DNA of 64,000 nucleotides from Okamejei kenojei (taxonomy: Eukaryota): NCBI GenBank assembly GCA_035221665.1, contig CM069171.1, positions 3,658,001-3,722,000 of the forward strand. The letters are read 5' to 3'. Numbering within the stretch: position 1 is the first letter of the stretch; each line of letters opens with the position of its first letter. Below are positions 55,346 to 64,000 of the stretch, piece after piece. The notes under the pieces are model-generated. The model saw only the letters and a program-made list of their open reading frames with translations. It was not told the DNA's origin and did no database searches. Made by a program: the position numbers and the translations under genes.

Positions 55346-55611
55346 AAAGCAGCAGTCTGCCCAAAATCTCTCAATTTTCCCTTCTTTCCACAACAACAGT
55401 TTTTCCCTTGTAAGCCATCTGCCTCTGGCACCAGTGAGTGACAACAGTAAACAACCTTTCTACTTTGTATGTTGGTCACTTGGGTCATGGAGCCAATCTG
55501 CTCAGAGTTGCATATTCAGAAACAAATATTTTTTTAATTGGGTATCTTTTCACGTGTAGGTTCAAAATACCATCCACATTTTTCATGCATGTGTTGTAAT
55601 CCTAAGGGGAT

Positions 55612-55894
55612 TGTAAGAATTGGGGGCAGGCCATTTAGGACTGAGATGAGAAAAAACCTTTTCACCCAGAGAGTTGTGTATCTGTAGAATTCTCTGCCAC
55701 TGAAGGCAGTGGAGGCCAATTCACTGGATGTTTTCAAGAGTTAAATATAGCTCTTGGAGCTAATGGAATCGAGGGGTTTGGGGAGAAAGCAGGAGCGGGT
55801 TATGATTTAGGAAAATCAGCTATGATCCTATTGAATGGCAGTGCAGGCTCGAAGGGCCGAATGGCCTACTCCTGCACCTATTTTCTATGTTTCT
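55612..55894 (+). mobile_element. CR1 (HER1-like) 3' end
   Basis: Reverse-complement homolog of 29057-29350; ttttctatgtttcta tail. Confidence 0.85.
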
Positions 55895-56377
55895 AATCCA
55901 AATTCTTGAATCAAAACAAATGAAAATGTTGATATAAAATAATCATGATCATGCTGCATCTTTTGAAGTGGATCACACTTGACTATACTTTCAGATAGTG
56001 CATATTGTGTAGTACAGTCACAGCAGAGCCGTTGTGGTTTGCTAACCATTGACAAATGTGGATGTATTTGCATGTCCTTAACTAGTCTAAAAATGGTGTT
56101 CCTTAATCTTTACTGATCTCGCGTTCGACTTTTGTGGCTGCAACGTAACTAGAATTGTCAGTGGGGAAAGATATTTTTGATCGAACTAAATAATGACTTT
56201 GAACAAAAGAAAAATGCAAACGGCTGGAGGAACTCGACACTTAGGCAGCATCTGTGAAGGGAAATGAACCGTTGACAATTGAGGAAATGAAACTATCAGT
56301 ATTTGGAAGTGGAAAACTTGATCTAGTTAGGACAGGATCTGAACTACATGAGTGGTGAGAAATGATGGAGAATGAGG

Positions 56378-56648
56378 CGAGTCATTGCCTCACAGTGCTT
56401 ACAGCGCCAGAGACCCGGGTTCGATCCCGACTACAGATGCTGTCTGTACGTTCTCCCCGTGACCGAGTGGGTTTTCTCAGAGACCTTCGGTTTCCTCCCA
56501 CACTCCAAAAGACGTACAGGTTTGTAGGTTAATTAGCTTGGTATAAATGTAAATTGTCGCTAGTATTTGTAGGATGGCGTTAGTGTGCGGGGATTGCTGG
56601 TCGGTGTGGGCCAAAGGGCCTGATTCCGCACTATCTCTAAACTAAACT
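56378..56648 (+). mobile_element. V-SINE (HE1-like)
   Basis: B box gggttcgatccc, V-domain, (ctaaa)n tail. Confidence 0.82.
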
Positions 56649-57649
56649 TTAAAAAATGGTGATCTTGAGTGGTGATGGGGGCAGAAGTGCTCATGCAGTT
56701 GAGATGTTGGAGGAGAGTTGAATAGTCTTAAGGATTGGCGGAGGTTGGTGGTAGATGGTTATGGGGGAATTGAGACCTGGTAGGTAATTACTGATATTCT
56801 TTACCACCCTGCCACAAGGCTATGATTCATTTAATTTGCCCACTGGAGAATGCAGCCTTTGTTCCAGAACAGTACTCTAATTAGCTTTTAAAAATGCGCA
56901 GTAAATTCCAGATGTCCACTTGACCACTGAGCAAATGTTGAAAGCTGCAAGAGCAATCTAACTCTGTGGAAAATAAAAGCATACTGATACATCCTGTCAT
57001 GGCAAATGGTGTTGTCATGACCTGTTTTTTTTAAATTTAATGCAACTTGGAGCGGAACAGTTTAATATTGCAATTTCATTTTAGTCATGTTCAAAAGTAT
57101 CTTGTGTCATCTTAACAAAGAAACAAGCTCTGTGGGAAATGGGTTGGTATAAAAGTTGCCTAACATGTTAGGTTAGAATTAATCGGGTTTATTGTATTGC
57201 CCAATATATTCGGATGTCATTGCACACTTCCCTAATAGGTGCAGTTACTTAGTAATAAAATTCTCCCTGATCATTTGTTGCACTTTAATATAAGAATCTT
57301 TCCTTGGTGAGCACATACTTGAACGTTTAATTGCCTGAGAAATTGGTTGACACACTCAAAGCTAAATATTATATTTTAAATGAAGACCCCAAAAATAACC
57401 TAGTGCTTAACATTTTAAAAGATGCTGTTATATCGGTTGTATCTTTATGAATGCTCTTCCTTTTGAACTCCATGACTGTTTGGCAAAAGGGGGGCAATAA
57501 GTTTGAATTCCTCCAATGTGCATTTCAGTAGATAGGCCATTTCAATTAGTTAAAAAGCCAAAGAAAGGATCGTTTATACAGAAAGTACTAACACATTTGC
57601 AGAAATTCAGTTTGTCTTGCGGTAGAAATAAAGTTGGCCACAACGTCTT

Positions 57650-58305
57650 TAGTTTATTTAGGTTAGTTTATTTAGTTTGTCACATGGACTGAGATACAGT
57701 GAAAAGCTTTTGTTGTGTGCTAACCAGTCAGCGGGAAGATAATACATTGCAAATGTGCCATTTGCAGTGTATACATACATGATAAGGAAATAAAAGTTTA
57801 ATGCAAGGTTAAGCCAGCAAAGTCCGATCAAGAATAGTCTTGAAGGCCATCAGTGGTAGGGTAGTAGTTCAGCACTGCTTGCTCTCTGGTTGTGGTAGGC
57901 TGATTCAGTTGCCTGAAATCAGCTGACAAAGAAACTGTCCCTGAATCTGGAGGTGTGCGTTTTCACACTTCTAAATCTTTGGCTTGATGGGAGAGGGGAG
58001 AAGAGGGAGTGGCCAGGGTGTGACACACCCTTGATAATGCTGCTGGCCTTGCCGAGGCAACATGAGGTATAAATGGAGTCTATAGATGGGAGGTTGGTTT
58101 GTGTGATGACCTGGGCTGCGTCCACAATTCGCGCAATTTCTTGCGGTCTTGGATAGAGCGGTTCCCAAACCAAGCTGCGATGCATCCTGATAAAATGCTT
58201 TCTCTGGTGCATCTGTAGAAGTTGGTGAGACTTATAGGGGACATGCCAAACTTCCTAAGGAAGTTTCTAAGGAAGTAGAAGTCTTGGTGTGCTTTCTTGG
58301 TCGTT
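57650..58305 (-). mobile_element. Rex1/Babar-like LINE 3' end
   Basis: IVDAAQVITQTNLPSIDSIYTSCCLGKASSIIKGVSHPGHSLFSPLPS...SRFRDSFF. Confidence 0.8.
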
Positions 58306-58380
58306 GGACGTGTTTAGTCACCACTAATTTGTTTGATTTTTATCAGAATCATTGTGGGTGGAAAGCCTTGTCTTAGCAAA

Positions 58381-58566
58381 ATAATGAATGAATAAGTTTG
58401 TTGGCCAGGTATTCACATACAAGGAATTTGTCTTGGTGCTCCGCCTGCAAGTGACAACATTTCATACAGTGACAGTTAGGAATGACACATAAAACATTAA
58501 ACATTAATAATAAAACATTATCAATTAAACATGTGTATTAAATAAAATACCAGAGCAAAAGGAGGC
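58381..58566 (-). mobile_element. Short retroposed 3' tail with TSD
   Basis: tgtcttagc at 58369-58377 and 58567-58575; (ATTC)n-like tail on minus. Confidence 0.55.
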
Positions 58567-59467
58567 TGTCTTAGCGAAATTAGATTTAAAATTAAATGGT
58601 AGGTTTAGCACTGGCTTAACAGTGACTAACGGGGATATGAGTTCCATTACCATCATATTTATCAACAGAACAAATGAAGGAAGGCCACTAACCAAGTTAT
58701 TTTAAATGTCTGTGACTTGAATTGTATGAATCATTAAGTGCAACTTCTAATTAAGACTTGTTGTTGTGCCCAATAATTATTGTTTCAAAAATCTCACCAG
58801 GAAGTTCAGTTATTATCAAGTTACTGCCCACCTCATAGGTTTTCCAAACTCCTGTTTTTTTATTATATAAAATGAGGAATTTGTGTATTATGACAAAACA
58901 CAATGGAATGCAGAAAATATTGCTTTTGGGTTGTATATTTAGTATTGCATTGCTGTTGAAACTGCTGTTCAGCTAAGGATAGTGACCAGTACTACCAACA
59001 GAAGTCCACTGGGACTACAGCTGTTTGTGATCAGTGCCTTAAACTTGTAGCAGCTATGTTTAAAATACTGTTTTGTTCCAATTTACTATTCGTGTGAGAT
59101 CCGCCAATTAAAATTCAGGCATTTATAATGCGATTTTAATGCATAAAGTAAATGACGGAAACATTCTAAGAAGTCTAAAATTAAAAAACAAAAGTTCAAC
59201 AAACACATTAATATGCAAGGTGGGTGATATAGTAGCAACATGCATTAAACTCTATTTCTGAAAGTTTGCATTTCATCAACATCGATTGTTAATAATTTGT
59301 ACAGCAATATGGCAAAATGAGTTAAGTTGCAAAATTGAAGATGTATTAGTCTCTTGTTCAATAAGGTTGATTTAAAGTTTATATTGAAATTGTGTTAATT
59401 TGTGGGGAAAAAAAATCTGATACTGATTTGTACGTGTAATTCTTTAGTACTGTTTTACAGCTGAAAG

Positions 59468-59744
59468 GTTTGTGTAAAATTCATGATTTCATTTGTATTT
59501 TTATTTTTTGTTCAAATGTTTTTCATTGTCTTGTCTAATTTTTATTTTCCTTATCTCCATCTGCATGTTACGTGCATGGTGCATGTTGTGCTGAATCACC
59601 AACGACCCCACCAAAACTCCACCCTCTTTCCCCTTGTCTCCCTCCCACCCTCCTTCCCTCTACCCCTTCCCCCATCATCTCCGCTGTGTGTGTGTGTACA
59701 TCATGTTACCTGCATGCCCTGGTCTGCACCATGACCTCGTATAG
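59468..59744 (+). promoter_or_regulatory. AG-exclusion zone, candidate distant branch point and UGCAUG cluster upstream of exon 19a
   Basis: No AG from 59468 to 59742; ctaAt at 59535-59539; TGCATG at 59562, 59573, 59580 and 59711. Confidence 0.75.
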
Positions 59745-59825
59745 GACCATAGCGGGAAACTGGGACCTGAAGAGTTTAAAGCCTGCCTTATCAGCTTGGG
59801 CTACGATGTTGGAAATGACCAACAG
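59745..59825 (+). CDS. ACTN4: ACTN4 mutually exclusive exon 19a (81 nt), non-muscle-type Ca2+-sensitive EF1
   Basis: cgtatag|GAC...CAG|gtatt; [27 protein letters not shown]. Confidence 0.96.
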
Positions 59826-59852
59826 GTATTGATGAGTTGAATGAATTAAAAG

Positions 59853-60094
59853 TCAATAAATTGCTAATTATGTATTTTTTCTCTCCACTTCTCTCCTGGA
59901 TTCTGTGTTCTGGCCTTTTTCCGAATTCCTTTCTAAATTACCCTGTCCTGTTCTGTTTTTTTTTGTTTAATATTTTTCCTTCTCCTTTTGGGTTGGTTCT
60001 GTACCTGTCTTGTCTGACATGTAAACCCTTGTTCATGATACTGTGCCCTCTGTGTGCGTGTATTTTCCTCGTGCTTACTCCTCTGTTGGAGTAG
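59853..60094 (+). promoter_or_regulatory. AG-exclusion zone, candidate distant branch point and long pyrimidine tract upstream of exon 19b
   Basis: No AG from 59853 to 60089; tgctaAt with A at 59867 followed by a U/C-rich tract. Confidence 0.78.
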
Positions 60095-60160
60095 AAGCGA
60101 ACTGGGCTGATGGACGTGGATGATTTTCGAGCTCTACTTATCTCTACGGGCTACAGTCTG
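60095..60160 (+). CDS. ACTN4: ACTN4 mutually exclusive exon 19b (66 nt), muscle/neuronal-type Ca2+-insensitive EF1
   Basis: ggagtag|AAG...CTG|gtacg; KRTGLMDVDDFRALLISTGYSL; phase 0-0. Confidence 0.94.
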
Positions 60161-60454
60161 GTACGGTTCCTCTTCCTCCTTCACATCTTCAGCCAGAAAT
60201 ACCAGGGGTCTCACCTGTAAGCTCTCTTGTATTTTAGTAAATCTTTTGTAGAAGTAGTTTTGCTCTCAAAAGTCACAGTATGAAGCATCCATATTTGAAT
60301 TACACGAGTAGATTGTAAGCACTGCTGTATATTGGGCGTTAGTTTGTAACTTCAACAAATCAGACAACATTTTGCAGAGTACTTCAGGACGCTAGTGGTA
60401 ATTGGATAATATTTCAAAGCATTCCCTAGTTTTATGCATTTGATCTGTTAAGTG

Positions 60455-60681
60455 TGATGTGTCGGAAGGAACTGCCGTTGCTGGTTTACACCGAAGATAG
60501 ATAGAAAATGCTGTGGTAACTCAGCTGGTCAGGCAGTATCTCTGGATAGAAGGAATGGGTGATGTTTCGGGTCGGGACCCTTCAGTCTGAAGAAAGACCT
60601 CGACCTGAAATGTCACCCATTCCTTCTATCCAGAGATGATGCCTGCCCCGCAGAGTTACTCTGGCAGTTTGTGTCTATCTG
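60455..60681. mobile_element. Penelope-derived fold-back insertion
   Basis: Inverted arms around cccttcagtctgaagaa; gttaagtg at 60447-60454 and 60682-60689. Confidence 0.78.
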
Positions 60682-61329
60682 GTTAAGTGCGCAGGCTGTT
60701 TCTGCATTTTTTGCTCTTAAATATCTTGCAGTTTCTCCTCTTTAAATTGATGTAAGGGGAGATTCAAGGTCAAAGTAAGCAAGTAGGATATTCTACAAAA
60801 AACAGTCAACTTGTCAGACCTTTTCAATTGCTGAATGATTTTGACGTTACATATTTTTGCCCAATATCTTGGTTGTCTTTGCCTTCAAATAAGCTCAATT
60901 CCACCAGTTAATATTTTGTGGAAATGTCGTGGCTTCTGATCCAGTCATCGTTTTGGCATTGGCTGTTACACCGAAGAATCTGCTCCCTGATTGCTTTCTG
61001 ATAATCTTTTTCTAAAGTAATAAACTGGAATCTTGTGCAATTCCAAAATAGAATAACTTTAAAAAAAAAATTTAAAATGTGAGGCGGAAATAATCTCCGC
61101 TCAACATTATGGATTCTCTCTAACAATAAGAAGGCAAAGAATACTTCTGATACTGAGAATTGAGGAATGGGGAGGCTTCAGCTTTGATTTATTTTTGCCT
61201 AGTTACCTGATCTTATCCATGGGGCACTCACTTGCCCTAATCTCTCAGTAAAAGTTGCTCATAACATGGCACCAACATTCCATGGGATTACGCTTCCTCA
61301 ACAAATTTCTGAGGAGAATGTTGAAGAAA

Positions 61330-61332
<3 letters not shown>

Positions 61333-61365
<33 letters not shown>
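61333..61365 (+). repeat. Poly-G run (33 nt)
   Basis: Direct reading. Confidence 0.85.
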
Positions 61366-61366
<1 letters not shown>

Positions 61367-61789
61367 AATAGAACATTATTTTCTTTTCAATCTGGCAGTG
61401 ACAGATCCAGGTCTTTGTGGTCTAGGCGTGACTTTTGGTCATAGTCAACTGCAATTGGAAACTCTCAGTTGGAGGATTTCTGCAAGCTCCCTTGATACAA
61501 TTGTATGCCTTGATAGCCAGCAGTGGTGTGTGCATTTTTACGCTGGCATTGTTCTAACACATGGCTAACAACTGGGCAGGTAGAGTAACGTAAAAACAAA
61601 TTGGCAAGGACATTCGTCTATAGTCTTACCTCCTTGCTGCTCGTGCCACAGACTTATAGCAGTACAAAGGAGATTCCCCAGGCTACTTCCTGGGATAAAG
61701 GGGCTGTGCTACCAAGAGAGACAAACAATTTGGGCTTGTATCTCTTGGGATTTCCAAAATTAAGTTTAATCTCAATCAAACCTCTGATC

Positions 61790-62085
61790 TGAATCTCGAC
61801 AGGGCAAAAGTTGGGATGTTTTCTCAGTGGGACAAACTCAAGCAAGGGACCAGTTGAGTTACAAAGAAATGCCTTCATGCAGACAGTGGTGAATTCTCCA
61901 ATTCCCTTCTTCGGCAGGGGGTAGAATCTGGATCATTAGAACTATTTAAAGTGCAGCTGGATAAATATTTGGTTCAGGAATAGATATGGAGAAATGGGAC
62001 GGAAGAGTTGAGGCTAGCATCAGCTGCGATCAAATCGAATGGCAGGGCAGGCTGGAGGGGCCGAGTGGCCCGCTCCTATTTTCAG
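61790..62085 (+). mobile_element. Old CR1 3' end directly upstream of the exon 20 acceptor
   Basis: gcaggctggaggggccgagtggcccgctcctatttt tail motif. Confidence 0.6.
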
Positions 62086-62122
62086 TGCTGGTGTGTATTG
62101 ACTTTCTTGTTGTTTTTCCCAG

Positions 62123-62281
62123 GGTGAAGCCGAGTTTATGCGTATAATGGGTGTTGTTGACCCCAACAACACTGAGGAAATATCATTCCAGGCTTTCATC
62201 GACTTCATGTCACAGGAGACAACAGACACTGATACAGCTGAACAAGTCATGGCCTCTTTCAAGATTTTGGCTGGGGACAAG
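62123..62281 (+). CDS. ACTN4: ACTN4 exon 20 (159 nt), EF2 and start of EF3
   Basis: tttcccag|GGT...AAG|gtaaa; [53 protein letters not shown]. Confidence 0.97.
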
Positions 62282-62745
62282 GTAAACAATTCTACTTCAG
62301 TCACAAGAACATTTACTGCAGGGTTGAACATAACATTTTTACTTTAATTGTTTGTAAAGCCAACTTCTATTCTGTTAAATGAGGATTTAAAATTTGCCAC
62401 AGTTACTTCTCTGCAGAAAGTTATTAAAATTGTCCATTAACCTTTACGGACAAGCTGAAAGTGCCAACCAAACAAAATGGAACGCTAATCTTTTGTTTAG
62501 GTGGGGTTCTGTGTCAGTCGCACTGTTAGTAAATCGTGTCATTGAATTAATACGGCTCTGATTTATTAGTTGTTGCCATGGAGACAAGATACAATCTTCA
62601 AGTGAAGTGAAAGCGCTCTTTTTCCGTTGAAGGCATTCACAGGGCAAGTCCCAGCCTGTGTGTTAGTGGATGGCATCATTTGTTGCAACAGGTTTTGCTG
62701 TGGTTTGATCAAATGTGTAGCTGAACCAAATAGACAAGTTTTTTT

Positions 62746-62946
62746 TTAGAAAGAATTGCAGATGCTGGTTTAAATTGAAGGTAGACATCAAAAACTGAAC
62801 TCAGCGGGACAGGCAGCATCTCTAGAGGGAAGGAATGGGTGACGTTTTGGGTTTGAAGAAGGGTCTCGACCCGAAACGTCACCCATTCCTTCTCTCCAGA
62901 GATGCTGCCTGTCCCGCTGAGTTACTCCAGCATGTTGTGTCTAGCT
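62746..62946. mobile_element. Penelope-derived fold-back insertion
   Basis: Inverted arms; tagacaaSttt flanks at 62731 and 62947. Confidence 0.78.
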
Positions 62947-63097
62947 TAGACAACTTTCTTTGCTCTGTTCCCATCATATTAGTGGGTGGAAAAAAAAATC
63001 CCGTAGTTTTCTGATGTGAAAATTGCTTGCAATACTTGCCCCTTTTCACTTGACCCCAGTTTGAATCGTAGCACACCTACTGAGGACTATTTTTTGA

Positions 63098-63835
63098 GGA
63101 ACAAGGAACTGTAGATACTGGTGTTTTGAGCAAAACGGGTGCTGGAGGAACTCAGTGGGTTCGGCAGCATCTGTGGCGGAAAGTGGATAGATGGCACTTT
63201 GGGTTGGGATACTTCAGGCTGATGGAGTATGGAGGGAGTAAGCTAGAAAAGAGAGGTGGGGGTGGGATAAAGCCTGACAAGTGATGGGTGGATACAGTTG
63301 AGGAACATTTCCTGCCCTGCTGTTGAGTTGGGTCCAAAGAGAAAGACTTCCAAGTCAGGATGGTGTGACCTGGAGAGTGGTGATAGGCAAAAAGCTCGGC
63401 GAGACAGGCAGAACTTCCAAGAGAGTTAGATTTAGCTCTTGGGGCTAAGGGAATGAAGGGATATGGGAGGAAAAATGATCATATTGAATGGCGGTGCTGG
63501 CTCGAATGGCGGACTCCTGCACCTATTTTCTACGTTTCTATCTCTGGAGAGAAGGAATGGGTGAAGTTTCGGGCTGAGACCCTTCTTCAAATCTGAAGAG
63601 TCAGGAGAGGCGGAGATAGAGGAGGAAGTGAGCGAGACAGCAAAAGAGGTGGCGATCAAGGAACATGTAGAACTGTTAGCTAGGAGAAGGTAACAACACA
63701 GCAAACAGATAAAATGACAATCAGACATCGGAGAACTGGGAGGGACGAAGAGAGAGGGAGAGCAAGGGTCACTTGAAGTTAGAGAAGTCAATATTCATAC
63801 CGCTGCCCAAGTGAAACGAAGTGCTGTTGTTCCCA
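63098..63835 (-). mobile_element. Cluster of Penelope-like 3' ends (minus) with a CR1 tail (+, about 63415-63540)
   Basis: 63770-63800 is the reverse complement of the NIDFSNFK coding end seen at 52610-52635; CR1 tail ctcctgcacctattttctacgtttcta. Confidence 0.72.
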
Positions 63836-64000
63836 AGCATCTGTTGCGATTTGCATTGGTGGAGGTTGTGTGTCGGGGAGGGTGCTGTTGGAGTGGTTGA
63901 GGCAGTAACACGAGCATTTTCTAGATGAGCACTTCAGCCATATTACCTTGGCAGGAAAAATGAATGTATAGTTTCTGCTGTCACTGCAGGGTATGTGGGA

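Noticed and set aside
62282-64000. Final ACTN4 exon (NFITAEELRRELP-like)
   Set aside because: Not found; the region is intronic repeats and the exon must lie beyond the window.

Overview
Eukaryotic, AT-rich vertebrate genomic DNA. The repeat families (HE1-type V-SINE, CR1/HER1-type LINE tails, Rex1/Babar-like LINEs, Penelope-like 3' ends) point to a cartilaginous fish, probably a skate or ray (inference). The whole window lies inside one + strand gene, the non-muscle alpha-actinin ACTN4. Coding exons 2-20 are present with GT-AG boundaries and consistent phases (2415 nt, 805 codons via exons 8a and 19a). Exon 1 lies upstream and the last exon downstream of the window. Two tandem duplicated, mutually exclusive exon pairs are visible: 8a/8b in the CH2 actin-binding domain and 19a/19b in EF-hand 1. 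The 19a/19b splicing architecture can be read from the sequence: two long AG-exclusion zones, a candidate distant branch point about 42 nt from the 19a donor, four UGCAUG motifs and a triple-NAG acceptor. The introns hold an internally deleted IR/DR-type Tc1 transposon and about 20 short Penelope-derived insertions. Many of these have clear target-site duplications, fold-back structure and a hammerhead-ribozyme-like core. Most ORFs in the supplied track are exon read-through, repeat remnants or chance ORFs. Repeat boundaries without target-site duplications are approximate.
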